Sequence record: DRR723986_4107
Direction: 5' to 3' (one strand)
DNA length: 41,376 nucleotides
The notes under the pieces were generated by a model. The model was not told where the DNA came from. It did no database searches and saw nothing but the letters and a program-made list of their open reading frames with translations. The position numbers and the translations under genes are program-made. Every line of letters begins with the position of its first letter. Position 1 is the stretch's first letter. Shown here piece after piece: positions 1 through 11,156 of the stretch.

Positions 1-573
1 CCGGACGAACGCACCTGGCTGCGCGACGAGACCGGGGGCTCCGTCTATCTGCGCCTGTCGACCAACCCGATCGAACAGCCCGTCAAACGGGCCGACGATG
101 CCTTCCGCCAGGGCGCCATTGACGGTGCCTACTGGCTTCGCAAACCCGGCCCCAACTGCGAAGTTGTGATCGCCTATCAGGGCGTCGTTGCGCCCGAAGC
201 CATCAAGGCGGCGGGAGAACTCGCCGGTAATCGACGGGATGTCGGTGTTCTTGCCGTCACGTCCGCCGACCGCCTCAACGCGGGCTGGACGGCGGCGCAA
301 AGAGCAAGGTCTCGTGGCAACGCGGCCGCCAGGTCCCATATCGAGCAACTGCTGGGCGATCTGCCCGGTCATTGCAAAGTGATCACCGTGATTGACGGCC
401 ACCCGGCAACGCTCGCCTGGCTTGGCGGTGTTGCCGGCCACCAGACCATCCCGCTCGGTGTCGAACATTTCGGCCAGACCGGTACGATTGGCGATCTCTA
501 CCGCCATTTCGGTATCGACGCCGCGTCGATCATCGAGAAGGTGAATGGATTGACGCCGGGGCGGCGAGTCTAA
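1..573 (+). CDS. Transketolase / pyruvate dehydrogenase E1-like ThDP enzyme, C-terminal part (5' end outside window)
   Basis: Frame 1 is open from base 1 (PDERTWLRDETGGSVYLRLSTNPIEQ...) to TAA at 571-573. It carries GSVYLRLST, AVTSADRL, DGHPATLAWLG and LGVEHFGQTGTIGDLYRHFGID, typical of the AceE/transketolase C-terminal domain. Confidence 0.85.
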   Translation, partial: PDERTWLRDETGGSVYLRLSTNPIEQPVKRADDAFRQGAIDGAYWLRKPGPNCEVVIAYQGVVAPEAIKAAGELAGNRRDVGVLAVTSADRLNAGWTAAQRARSRGNAAARSHIEQLLGDLPGHCKVITVIDGHPATLAWLGGVAGHQTIPLGVEHFGQTGTIGDLYRHFGIDAASIIEKVNGLTPGRRV

Positions 574-623
574 GTGCGCCTGAAGCTAAAGGAAGGTGCT
601 GGATGGCACGTGATGTCTGCAGG

Positions 624-1055
624 TCATGGCTCGATAATGCCCTTGGTCAGAATGATGTTGCCGTAGAGGCGGGTCTCGCCTGTCTGGACCACGGCAAAGG
701 CATGGCTGGCCGCTTCATAAAAGGCGTGGCGTTCCAGCGTTGAAATCCTGGCCGGCTTGTCGGCGGTGTCATCGATTATGGTCTGGAACTCGGCGACAAT
801 CTCCGGCACCGCGTCCGGATCACCGACCACCTGCATCGTTCGGGCGGGGGCGGCGACGAACGTGTCGAGCGGCATAACCGACAAGATCGCCTTCAGCGTG
901 TCTGTTGCCGATATGCCATCGAGACGAACACAATCGGGACCGGAGCTTTCCGCCGGGAAATTGGCGTCGACAATGGCGATCTCGTCGCCGTGTCCCATGG
1001 CTCTGAGGGCATAAAGCAGCGAAGGGCTCAGGATGGGGGGCAGGTTACGCAACAT
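624..1055 (-). CDS. fucU: RbsD/FucU family sugar mutarotase (L-fucose mutarotase-like)
   Basis: MGHGDEIAIVDANFP and VQTGETRLYGNIILTKG motifs. Start moved to ATG at 1055 (MLRNLPP), overlapping the upstream gene's stop. Confidence 0.85.
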   Translation of the reverse strand: MLRNLPPILSPSLLYALRAMGHGDEIAIVDANFPAESSGPDCVRLDGISATDTLKAILSVMPLDTFVAAPARTMQVVGDPDAVPEIVAEFQTIIDDTADKPARISTLERHAFYEAASHAFAVVQTGETRLYGNIILTKGIIEP

Positions 1056-2097
1056 GGGTGGTCTCGCTCGGCAAGGGGGCATCGGGGCGGATCAGGCCAG
1101 CAGACCTGAGGTCTGACCAGAGTGCGGCAGGGATATCGGTCTTCAAGAGAGCAATATTGGCTTCAACCTCGGCCGCGTTCACCGCGCCGGGGATGACGGT
1201 CTTCACACTTGGATGCCCAAGCACGAACTGCAGTGCGGCCGCGATCAGCGGCACTGAATGGCTGCGGCAGACATCCTCGATCTTGCGCACGCGCTTAAGG
1301 ATCTCCGGCGGTGCATCGGCGTAGTTGTATTTCGCACCGGGAACGGCCCCGGTTGCCAGAATGCCGGAATTATAGGGCCCGCCCAGAATGATGCCGACGT
1401 CCCGTTGCTCGCAAAGTGGCAGGAAGCTCTCAAGGGCGTCCTGTTCCAGTAGTGTGTAGCGGCCGGCAAGCAGGAAACAGTCGAAATCGGCAAGGCCAAG
1501 CAGCTTTTGGCAAACCTGCCATTCGTTTACCCCTGCGCCGATGGCCGCAACGTCCCCGGCCTCTTTCAACTCGGTAAGCGCCTTGTAGCCGCCGAGATCG
1601 AAGAGCTCGCGGACGCGGGCATCGCTGGCTTCCTGAGAGCCTTGCGAAAAGGCGCAGACGTCATGCACGAAAAGGATGTCCGCGTTGGCGACCTCCAGTC
1701 GCTGACGGCTTGCCTCGTAGCTGCGCATGACGCCGTCATAGCTGTAGTCGAAGACGATCCGCTTTTGCGGCACATCGACAAAGGCTTCCGGGGTCACCTC
1801 GTGCGGCTCGCAATCCAGTAGCAGGCGGCCGATCTTGGTGGAAAGCTGAATGTTCTCGCGGCCAAAACGCTTGATGGCTGTGGCAAAGCGCATTTCCGAT
1901 CGGCCCAGGCCGTATTGCGGCGCCGTGTCAAAGTAGCGGATGCCGTTGTCATAGGCCGCCTGAAGGGCAGCCTGGGCATCTTCTTCCGAAACCTTGCGGT
2001 AGAGATTGCCGAGCGGCGCGCCGCCGAAACCCATCTCCGTCAAATCGATTGGCCTAGCGGTCCTGCTGTTCAGCCGCTGTGTTCTTAGAGCGGTCAT
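1045..2097 (-). CDS. Aldo/keto reductase, D-threo-aldose 1-dehydrogenase (L-fucose/L-galactose dehydrogenase)-like
   Basis: GFGGAPLGNLY, YFDTAPQYGLGRSE, FDYSYDGVMRS, LLAGRYTLLEQ and YNSGILA motifs; sugar-catabolic context. Confidence 0.85.
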   Translation of the reverse strand: MTALRTQRLNSRTARPIDLTEMGFGGAPLGNLYRKVSEEDAQAALQAAYDNGIRYFDTAPQYGLGRSEMRFATAIKRFGRENIQLSTKIGRLLLDCEPHEVTPEAFVDVPQKRIVFDYSYDGVMRSYEASRQRLEVANADILFVHDVCAFSQGSQEASDARVRELFDLGGYKALTELKEAGDVAAIGAGVNEWQVCQKLLGLADFDCFLLAGRYTLLEQDALESFLPLCEQRDVGIILGGPYNSGILATGAVPGAKYNYADAPPEILKRVRKIEDVCRSHSVPLIAAALQFVLGHPSVKTVIPGAVNAAEVEANIALLKTDIPAALWSDLRSAGLIRPDAPLPSETTHVA

Positions 2098-2178
2098 GTG
2101 TTTCCTCTGGATGTTTCCTCAGGATCAGTTTGAACGCCGCATGATCTGCGGTCTGGTGTCGGGCCACGGGCCAGGTTT

Positions 2179-2892
2179 TCAGTCGAACAGGTCCGGCCTG
2201 GTCTCCACGAGCGGTTCCAGGCGCGTGACAAGTTCGCTCAGGTGCTTTTGCATTGCCTGGCGTGCCCGTTCCGGATCGCGGTCGCGGATTGCTTCCACGA
2301 TGACCCGGTGCTCGTCATAAGCCTCAAAGGCTCTGCCGCGCATGGGCAACAGCAATTGCCGTGCCCGGTTGACCTGCATCCACCCGGTGGCAGACAGGCT
2401 GTGGAGCTTCGGGTAGCCGGTGAAGGAGAAGATAAGCTCGTGCATGCGCTCGTCTTCCCGGTAGAAGCCGGTTTCGTCGTGGTCTTCCAGGCAAAGAGCC
2501 TGCAGACGCAAATTGCGGTTCAACTCCGTCAACTGTTCTTCGGTGCGCTCCGCCGCCACCTTGGAAACTGCCGCCAGTTCGATGGCTTCCCGCAGGAAGG
2601 CGCCCTCGCGGATTTCCGACATGGAGAACTTGGTCACGCGTGAGCCGGACTGGGGAATGACTTCGACAAGGCCTTCGCCTGCTAGCCGGGTGATCGCTTC
2701 CGTCACCGGCGAGCGGGAGACACCAAGCTGTTCGCAGATGACTTGTTTCCTGAGAAGGGTGCCCGGCGGCAGGTCCATCGCCAGGATGGACGAGCGCAGC
2801 GCCTCATAGACACGCTGTGCGAGCGAGCCGGACAGTTTGCCAATGTCGGGCAGGGTGATCTCGGGAAAATCTTGTTCGTTGGTCAGGGACAT
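2179..2892 (-). CDS. GntR family (FCD domain) transcriptional regulator
   Basis: wHTH (LGVSRSPVTEAITRLAGEGLVEVIPQSG) plus FCD C-terminus (EHRVIVEAIRDRDPERARQAMQKHL). ATG at 2892; alternative TTG at 2898. Confidence 0.9.
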   Translation of the reverse strand: MSLTNEQDFPEITLPDIGKLSGSLAQRVYEALRSSILAMDLPPGTLLRKQVICEQLGVSRSPVTEAITRLAGEGLVEVIPQSGSRVTKFSMSEIREGAFLREAIELAAVSKVAAERTEEQLTELNRNLRLQALCLEDHDETGFYREDERMHELIFSFTGYPKLHSLSATGWMQVNRARQLLLPMRGRAFEAYDEHRVIVEAIRDRDPERARQAMQKHLSELVTRLEPLVETRPDLFD

Positions 2893-2910
2893 TGTCAACT
2901 CGATTGAATG

Positions 2911-2943
2911 CTAACATGTTAGTTGACACAGTTACCCTGTCAA
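2911..2943. promoter_or_regulatory. Putative GntR operator palindrome with divergent -35 hexamers
   Basis: Perfect palindrome CTAACATGTTAG at 2911-2922. TTGACA on + at 2923-2928 and on - at 2943-2938. The minus-strand -35 is followed 16 bp later by TAACAT, inside the palindrome. Confidence 0.6.
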
Positions 2944-3097
2944 GCTAATCGTGAAGAAAGACCGGCCGTGTCGATGCTCCATGGAGAGAGCTCGGAGAAG
3001 AGTGAAAAGCTGATTAATGTCAGTGGGTTGAGAAGGGCCTTGTCATCTTGAAATGACAATGCGGACCAACCGTAGCGGCCGTAGCGGGGAGAGAGAC

Positions 3098-4624
3098 GTG
3101 TTGCAGCCTCATGCCAATTCGATCCTTCTGAATGCCGATGACAATGTGGTCATCGCCCTTCAGGATATTGCGGCCGGCGCAAGCGTTGCCCATGTTGACT
3201 GTCCGCTACCTGGGCAGGTCATGCGTGGCCACAAGATTGCCCGCAAGCCGATCTCCGCTGGCGAAAACGTCATTCGGTACGGTCAAATCATCGGGCAGGC
3301 GAAGGCAGACATCAAGCCGGGGGAGCATGTCCATGTTCATAACCTTGGCATGGGCGATCACAGCCAGGACTATCAGCACGCCGAAGCCTCGATCCCTCTT
3401 GAGCCCGCAACGCAAGAGCGCACCTTTCTCGGCTACCGCCGACAAACGGGGCGAGCAGGAACGCGCAATTACATCGGCATTCTGACCTCGGTGAACTGCT
3501 CGGGGTCCGTTGCAAAATTCATCGCGGAAGCTGCCGAGAAGTCCGGTCTGCTGGACGAGTTTCCGAATGTCGACGGCATCGTGCCAATCGTTCACGGAAC
3601 CGGCTGCGGCATGTCCGGCAAGGACGAAGGTTACGCAACGCTGTTCCGGACGCTTTCCGGTTATGCCCAGCATCCGAATTTCGCAGCCATCCTGCTGATC
3701 GGTCTTGGCTGCGAGGTCATGCAGATTGCCGATCTCGTCGGTGACCGCAAGATCCGCCCTGATGGCGATTTGCGCTACATGACCATTCAGCAGACCGGCG
3801 GTACGCGCAAGACCATTGAAGCCGGGCTGAAAGAGTTGCGGGCACTTGCCGAACTTGCCAACAAGGCCGAGCGCACGCCGGTGCCGATTTCCGAAATCAC
3901 CGTCGGAATGCAGTGCGGCGGCTCGGACGGATATTCCGGCATCACTGCCAATCCGGCACTCGGGATTGCCTCCGATCTTCTGGTCCGTCATGGCGGTACC
4001 ACGATCCTGTCCGAAACGTCGGAGATCTACGGCGCGGAGCACCTTCTGACCCGCCGGGCGGTTTCCGTCGATGTCGGCAAGAAGCTGATCGAGCGTGTGC
4101 GCTGGTGGGAAGACTACACTGCCCGCAATGGCGGCGAGATGGACAACAATCCGTCGCCCGGCAACAAGCGCGGCGGATTGACCACAATCCTGGAAAAGTC
4201 TCTTGGTGCAGCGGCCAAGGGAGGCTCTGCACCCCTTGTGGACGTCTACAAGTTTGGCGAACCCGTCGACAAGAAGGGGTTCGTCTTCATGGATAGCCCA
4301 GGCTTCGATCCGTGTTCGGTGACCGGTCAGATCGCCTCGGGTGCCAATATCATCGTCTTCACGACCGGACGCGGCTCCGTGTCAGGTTACATGCCGACCC
4401 CTTGCATCAAACTCGCCACCAACAGCGAGATGTATGGCCGGATGTCGGAAGACATGGACATCAATTGCGGTGACGTGATCTCCGACAATGTCAGTCTGGA
4501 AGCCAAGGGCGAGGAGATCTTCGAAATGATCATCGCCGTTGCCTCCGGAAAACAATCCAAAAGCGAGGAACTCGGCTTCGGCGGAGTGGAGTTCGTGCCG
4601 TGGCAGATCGGTGCGGTGATGTAG
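3098..4624 (+). CDS. UxaA/GarD family sugar-acid dehydratase with N-terminal SAF domain
   Basis: SAF domain (DNVVIAL...GHKIA...GEHVHVHNL), GTRNYIGILTSVNCS, HGTGCG, QCGGSDGYSGITANP, NNPSPGNKRGGLTTILEKSLGA and FTTGRGS. GTG start at 3098 chosen for its purine-rich RBS; the ORF is open from 3053. Confidence 0.9.
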   Translation: MLQPHANSILLNADDNVVIALQDIAAGASVAHVDCPLPGQVMRGHKIARKPISAGENVIRYGQIIGQAKADIKPGEHVHVHNLGMGDHSQDYQHAEASIPLEPATQERTFLGYRRQTGRAGTRNYIGILTSVNCSGSVAKFIAEAAEKSGLLDEFPNVDGIVPIVHGTGCGMSGKDEGYATLFRTLSGYAQHPNFAAILLIGLGCEVMQIADLVGDRKIRPDGDLRYMTIQQTGGTRKTIEAGLKELRALAELANKAERTPVPISEITVGMQCGGSDGYSGITANPALGIASDLLVRHGGTTILSETSEIYGAEHLLTRRAVSVDVGKKLIERVRWWEDYTARNGGEMDNNPSPGNKRGGLTTILEKSLGAAAKGGSAPLVDVYKFGEPVDKKGFVFMDSPGFDPCSVTGQIASGANIIVFTTGRGSVSGYMPTPCIKLATNSEMYGRMSEDMDINCGDVISDNVSLEAKGEEIFEMIIAVASGKQSKSEELGFGGVEFVPWQIGAVM

Positions 4625-4675
4625 CCGCATCCGGCAGAACGTTGTGACGATGCGCGGACTTTCGGGAGGATTTCA

Positions 4676-5425
4676 GTGCGCTTGAAAGATAAAACAATAT
4701 TGGTGACGGCAGCCGGGCAGGGTATCGGCCGTGCAAGCGCGATTGCCTGCGCCAGGGAAGGCGCAAAGGTCTACGCTGCGGACATCAACGAGGAAACGCT
4801 GTCGACGCTTCCCGGCGAATGCCCGGGTATCGAGATCCACAAACTGGATGTCTGTGATCGCGCAGCCGTTGACGCCCTGGCAAAAAAACTGCCGGCGCTC
4901 GATGGGCTCTTCAACTGTGCGGGCTTTGTTCACAACGGCTCTGTCCTCGATATCACCGAAGACGACTGGGCCTTCAGCTTCGAGCTGAACGTCACCTCAA
5001 TGTACCGGATGACGCAAGCTTTCCTGCCGGGCATGCGCGAACGCGCCAAGGCAACCGGCACGGCATCGATCCTGAACATGTCGTCGATGGCATCGTCCAT
5101 CAAGGGCTTTCCGATGCGCACGGCCTACGGCGCCACCAAGGCTGCCGTAATTGGCCTCACAAAGGGCGTCGCAGCGGATTTCGTCAAGGAAGGCATTCGC
5201 TGCAACGCGCTATGCCCGGGCACTGTCGATACTCCGTCCTTGCGCGGCCGCATTGCTTCTGCACCGGACCCGGTGGAAGCGGAAAAGAATTTCATCGCCC
5301 GGCAGCCCATGGGCCGTCTGGCAACCGTCGACGATATGACGCCGATGATCGTCTACCTGTTGTCCGACGAAAGCCGGTTCGTTTCCGGGCAGGCACTTCT
5401 GGTCGATGGAGGTGTCACCATCTGA
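4676..5425 (+). CDS. SDR oxidoreductase, 2-keto-3-deoxy-L-fuconate 4-dehydrogenase / BDH2-like
   Basis: TAAGQGIG, LFNCAGFVHNG, YGATKAAVIGLTK, CPGTVDTPSL and FIARQPMGRL motifs; RBS GGGAGG upstream. Confidence 0.85.
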   Translation: MRLKDKTILVTAAGQGIGRASAIACAREGAKVYAADINEETLSTLPGECPGIEIHKLDVCDRAAVDALAKKLPALDGLFNCAGFVHNGSVLDITEDDWAFSFELNVTSMYRMTQAFLPGMRERAKATGTASILNMSSMASSIKGFPMRTAYGATKAAVIGLTKGVAADFVKEGIRCNALCPGTVDTPSLRGRIASAPDPVEAEKNFIARQPMGRLATVDDMTPMIVYLLSDESRFVSGQALLVDGGVTI

Positions 5426-5461
5426 CGGTGGCCCCTTTGTCGCGGTTTGGGAGGATCGCGC

Positions 5462-6984
<1,523 letters not shown>

Positions 6985-6988
<4 letters not shown>

Positions 6989-7989
6989 CCGCCGTCAACC
7001 CGTCCTCCTCGCCGTCGCTCGTTGCACGTCTGATCGAGACAGGGGCGCACCAGAAGCTGTTGGCCTTCGCCAGCCTGGTTCTTCTGCTGATCGGTTTCTC
7101 GATCGCTTCACCCAACTTCATGCAAACTTCCAACATGATCGCGATCCTGCAGGCGACCTCGGTCAATGGCGTCTTGGCTGTTGCGGCAACCCTGGTGATC
7201 ATCACCGGCGGGATCGATCTTTCCGTCGGAACCTTGATGACGTTCTGCGCGGTCATCGCAGGCGTCGTGCTGACAAACCTCGGCATGCCGCTGCCGCTCG
7301 GTGTGATTGCCGCCATCGCGACCGGTGCGCTCTGCGGCCTGTGTTCGGGCACCTTCATCGCCAAGATGAAAATCCCGCCGTTCATCGCGACCCTCGGCAT
7401 GATGCTGATCCTGAAAGGCCTGTCGCTGGTGATTTCCGGAACCCGGCCGATCTATTTCAACGACACGCCCGGCTTCGACCTGATTTCCCGCGGCTCGCTG
7501 ATAGGCGACATTTTCCCGGCTCTGCCGATCCCGAACGGTGTCCTGATCCTTTTCCTGGTGGCAGGGGCAGCATCCTACATTCTCGGCCGTACGGTGCTTG
7601 GCCGCTACACGTTCGCGCTGGGCTCCAACGAAGAGGCGGTTCGCCTTTCCGGCGTCAACACCGACTTCTGGAAAATGTCGGTCTATGCGCTGGCCGGTGC
7701 GATCTGCGGCATTGCCGGGATCCTGATCGCCTCGCGCCTGAACTCCGCCCAGCCGGCGCTGGGTCTCGGCTACGAGCTGGAAGCCATCGCGGCTGTCGTG
7801 ATTGGTGGCACGTCGCTTTCCGGTGGGCGGGGCACGGTTCTCGGGACCCTGATCGGTGCCCTGATCATGGCCGTCCTGACCAACGGTTTGCGGGTCCTGT
7901 CCGTCGCCCAGGAGTGGCAGACGGTGGTGACCGGCGCAATCATCATCCTGGCCGTTTACGCGGACATGGTGCGCAGGCGCAAAGCCTGA
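6985..7989 (+). CDS. Sugar ABC transporter permease (RbsC type)
   Basis: [28 protein letters not shown] and [20 protein letters not shown] overlap with the ATPase gene. Confidence 0.95.
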
Positions 7990-8064
7990 GTTTCATCAAC
8001 ACACAAGAGGGTGGTCACACCCCGGTACCGGACCTTCCGTCCAACCCAACCACAGGAGAGGAAT

Positions 8065-9009
8065 ATGCTGAACAGACGTACTCTTATCGGAGCTGCAAGT
8101 GCCGCTGCCCTGATGCTTTCCGGGAACTTTGCCTTCGCCCAGGAAACCTACATTCCGCTCATCTCCAAGGGTTTCCAGCACCAGTTCTGGCAGGCCGTGA
8201 AGGCTGGAGCCGATCAGGCCGCCTCGGAGCTGGGTGTCACCATCACCTTTGAAGGCCCGGACAACGAGACCATGGTCGACCGCCAGATCGACATGCTGGC
8301 CGCTGCCCTTGCCAAGAACCCGACGGCAATCGGCTTTGCCGCTCTCGACAGTCAGGCTGCCATTCCGCTTCTGAAGCAGGCTCAGGAAAAGGGCATTCCG
8401 GTCATCGCGTTCGACAGTGGTGTCGATAGCGATATTCCGGTGTCGACAGCGTCGACCGATAACATTGCTGCAGCAGCACTGGCTGCCGACAAGATGGCAG
8501 AGCTGATCGGCGGTGCTGGCCAGGTTGCCGTGGTGGCACATGACCAGACCAGCCGGACCGGCATCGACCGTGTCGACGGTTTCGTCAACCAGATGAAGGC
8601 AAATCATCCGGATATCGAGGTCGTCACCGTTCAATATGGCGGCGGTGACCATCTGAAGTCGACAGAACTCACCAAGGCCATCCTGACAGCCAATCCGGAC
8701 CTGAAGGGCATCTTCGGTGCCAACGAAGGGTCTGCCCTTGGTGTGGTCAACGGTGTCTCTGAAATGGGCAAGTCCGATGTGGTCATCATCGGCTACGACA
8801 GTGGCAAGGCCCAGAAGGATGCGATCCGCAACGGCGTCATGGCCGGAGCGATCACACAGAACCCGGTCGGCATCGGCTACGAGACCGTGAAAGCAGCCCT
8901 CGAAGCATCGCAGGGCAAGGAAGTTCCGGCGCATATCGACACCGGCTTCTACTACTACGACAAATCCAACATTGACGATCCGAAGATCGCTGCTGTCTTG
9001 TACGACTGA
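8065..9009 (+). CDS. Sugar ABC transporter periplasmic substrate-binding protein
   Basis: Signal peptide (MLNRRTLIGAASAAALMLSGNFAFA), SKGFQHQFWQAVKAGA, type I PBP motifs; RBS AGGAGAGG before ATG 8065. Confidence 0.92.
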   Translation: MLNRRTLIGAASAAALMLSGNFAFAQETYIPLISKGFQHQFWQAVKAGADQAASELGVTITFEGPDNETMVDRQIDMLAAALAKNPTAIGFAALDSQAAIPLLKQAQEKGIPVIAFDSGVDSDIPVSTASTDNIAAAALAADKMAELIGGAGQVAVVAHDQTSRTGIDRVDGFVNQMKANHPDIEVVTVQYGGGDHLKSTELTKAILTANPDLKGIFGANEGSALGVVNGVSEMGKSDVVIIGYDSGKAQKDAIRNGVMAGAITQNPVGIGYETVKAALEASQGKEVPAHIDTGFYYYDKSNIDDPKIAAVLYD

Positions 9010-9035
9010 TCGATTTTGTCGTAACCAACCCCATC

Positions 9036-9063
9036 GAGCCCGGTTGCACGCGCAGCCGGGCTC
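9036..9063 (+). terminator. GC-rich stem-loop downstream of sugar SBP gene (mRNA stabiliser or partial terminator)
   Basis: GAGCCCGGTTGC-ACGC-GCAGCCGGGCTC, a 12-bp stem with one G:U pair and no long U tract. Confidence 0.5.
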
Positions 9064-9086
9064 CAACCACTCAAGGACGATCCTTT

Positions 9087-9941
9087 ATGAAATTGCTGAG
9101 ATTTGGCGCTCCGGGACAGGAAAAACCCGGTGTTCTCGATGCCGACAACCGCGTTCGTGATCTTTCTTCCGTTGTCGCGGATATCGCCGGCGATGCTCTC
9201 CTGCCTGAAAGCATTCAACGCCTGCAGGGGCTCGACGTCGCTTCGCTGCCACTGGTGGAGGGTGCTCCGCAGCAGGATCTGCGCGTCGGGCCTTGCGTCG
9301 GCAATATCGGCAAGTTCATCTGTATCGGCCTCAACTATGCCGACCACGCTGCCGAATCCGGCATGGATGTGCCGCCGGAACCGGTGGTCTTCAACAAGTG
9401 GACCTCGGCCATTGTCGGTCCGGATGACGACGTCAAGATCCCGCGCGGCTCGCAGAAAACCGACTGGGAAGTTGAACTCGGCGTCGTTATCGGCAAGGGC
9501 GGTGCCTATATCGAGGAAGTCGATGCGATGAGCCATGTCGCCGGTTTCTGCGTGATCAACGATGTCTCCGAACGCGAATTCCAGATCGAACGGTCCGGCA
9601 CCTGGGACAAGGGCAAGGGTTGCGATACCTTCGGCCCGATCGGCCCCTGGCTGGTAACGCCGGATGAAGTCGGCGACTTCGACGATCTCGGCATGTGGCT
9701 GGAAGTGGACGGCAAGCGCTACCAGAACGGCTCCACCAAGACGATGGTCTACCGGGTACCGTTCCTGATCTCCTATCTCAGCCGCTTCATGAGCCTGCAG
9801 CCTGGCGACGTCATCTCCACCGGCACGCCTCCGGGTGTTGGCATGGGGCAGAAGCCGCCGGTCTACCTGAAGGGCGGTGAAGTCATGACGCTTGGCATCG
9901 ACAAGCTGGGCAGCCAGACCCAGAAGGTGACCAAGGCCTGA
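9087..9941 (+). CDS. Fumarylacetoacetate hydrolase family protein (2,4-diketo-3-deoxy-L-fuconate hydrolase-like)
   Basis: KFICIGLNYADHAAE, TDWEVELG, NDVSERE, KGKGCDTFGPIGPWLVT and STGTPPGVG motifs. Confidence 0.9.
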   Translation: MKLLRFGAPGQEKPGVLDADNRVRDLSSVVADIAGDALLPESIQRLQGLDVASLPLVEGAPQQDLRVGPCVGNIGKFICIGLNYADHAAESGMDVPPEPVVFNKWTSAIVGPDDDVKIPRGSQKTDWEVELGVVIGKGGAYIEEVDAMSHVAGFCVINDVSEREFQIERSGTWDKGKGCDTFGPIGPWLVTPDEVGDFDDLGMWLEVDGKRYQNGSTKTMVYRVPFLISYLSRFMSLQPGDVISTGTPPGVGMGQKPPVYLKGGEVMTLGIDKLGSQTQKVTKA

Positions 9942-10036
9942 TCGTTCGGGATCTTGTATGAACAGTCACGGCCGGACGCGGAGAAGCGTTCGGCCGTTGA
10001 CGTTTTTGAGGAAGGGACGCGCGGCATCTCCTGCGT

Positions 10037-10150
10037 GTCGTCCCGGTTTGTCGCGTCAGCGTCAAGACCGGGATCCAGTATTCTATGTGGCTGGTGAGGG
10101 GCAGATGCGACTTCATGCGATTACTGGATCCCTGCCATCGCAGGGATGCC
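10037..10150. repeat. REP/RIME-like composite palindromic element between convergent genes
   Basis: Left hairpin TCCCGG...CCGGGA; inverted repeat GGGATCCAGTA (10070-10080) / TACTGGATCCC (10122-10132); right hairpin ATCCCTG-ccatcg-CAGGGAT. Confidence 0.6.
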
Positions 10151-10220
10151 AAGGCGCATGTGGACAGATTGATAGAAATCCGCTTTGTCCGTGGACGAGC
10201 AGCGCCGCCACAGGTTTACC

Positions 10221-10970
10221 TCAGCCCTCTCTGGCGATCTGCCAGCCGGCCCAGGACTGGCTGACGGGCATCAGTTCCAGCGAGTTGATGTTGAGATGCG
10301 GGGGCTGTGTCGCGACCCAATAGACCGTGCTGGCGATATCTTCCGGCTGGATCGCGTTGGCGCCGCCATATAGAGCATCGTAGCTTTCCTGGTTGCCACC
10401 GGTACGCACCAGCGTGAATTCGCTTTCGCATAGGCCCGGTTCGATGGAGGTAACCCGCACCCCCTTGCCGTGAAGATCCGACCGCAGGCCAAGCGAGAAC
10501 TGGCGCAGGAACGCCTTGGTACCCGCATAGACGTTTCCGCCCGGATAGGGCCAGTTGGCAGCAATGGAGGAGATGTTCACGACCATGCCCTTGCGCTCGA
10601 TCAGCTTCGGCAGAAGCTGGTCGGTGATGGTGACGAGACCGGTGATGTTGGTATCGATCATGGTCTTCCAGTCGGAGAGTTTCGTCGCCGGTGCCGAAGC
10701 CGTGCCGAGGGCAAGGCCGGCATTGTTGACGAGGATGTTGATCTCCTGAAAGTCCTCCGGCAGGCCGGCGAGGGCCGCAGTTGTTGCAGCTTCGTCCATG
10801 ATGTCGAAGACAAGCGCGTGAAATGCCTCGCCGAGATCCGTCTTCAGCTTTTCCAGCCGATCCGCGCGCCGGCCGGTGCCGATAACCTTCCATCCGTTTT
10901 GCACGAACAGCCGGGCCATCGCCTGACCGAAGCCGGAGGTCGTTCCGGTAATGAGGATTGTGCCGCTCAT
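10221..10970 (-). CDS. sdh: NADP-dependent SDR, serine 3-dehydrogenase / YdfG / IsfD subgroup
   Basis: TGTTSGFG, GTGRR, NNAGLALG, YPGGNVYAGTKAFLRQFSLGLRSDLHGKGVRVTSIEPG and NINSLELMPVSQ. From memory this closely resembles Agrobacterium Sdh and E. coli YdfG. Confidence 0.85.
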   Translation of the reverse strand: MSGTILITGTTSGFGQAMARLFVQNGWKVIGTGRRADRLEKLKTDLGEAFHALVFDIMDEAATTAALAGLPEDFQEINILVNNAGLALGTASAPATKLSDWKTMIDTNITGLVTITDQLLPKLIERKGMVVNISSIAANWPYPGGNVYAGTKAFLRQFSLGLRSDLHGKGVRVTSIEPGLCESEFTLVRTGGNQESYDALYGGANAIQPEDIASTVYWVATQPPHLNINSLELMPVSQSWAGWQIAREG

Positions 10971-11060
10971 GAGCCTGCCTTTCCGAAGTATCTGAAACAG
11001 TCGCTTGACCGGACCATAGGCAGCTGCCTCGCCAGCACAACGCCAAAAGCGGGCTTTGGG

Positions 11061-11117
11061 CCTCTGGCTCCTATGAATTCAAGCGCTGGCTCTACGGCGG
11101 GTTTGCGACTGGTCCTA
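11061..11117 (+). promoter_or_regulatory. Putative MocR/GabR-family operator: three direct repeats
   Basis: CTGGCTCCTA at 11064, CTGGCTCTA at 11086 and CTGGTCCTA at 11109 (22/23-bp period). The same motif recurs at 14084 and 14106. Confidence 0.65.
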
Positions 11118-11156
11118 GGAGTGATGGGAATGCTCCGATCTGAAGGACCCTGCGCC

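Noticed and set aside
11064..11117. Periodic repeats as a possible mini-CRISPR or iteron array
   Set aside because: The repeats are only 7-9 bp in 2-3 copies with no cas or rep gene nearby. They are better explained as a MocR operator.
10470..11156. Apparent 229-aa N-terminal extension of the aminotransferase (667-aa ORF)
   Set aside because: It is the antisense shadow of the sdh-like SDR plus the promoter region. The class-III domain and an RBS start at 11157.
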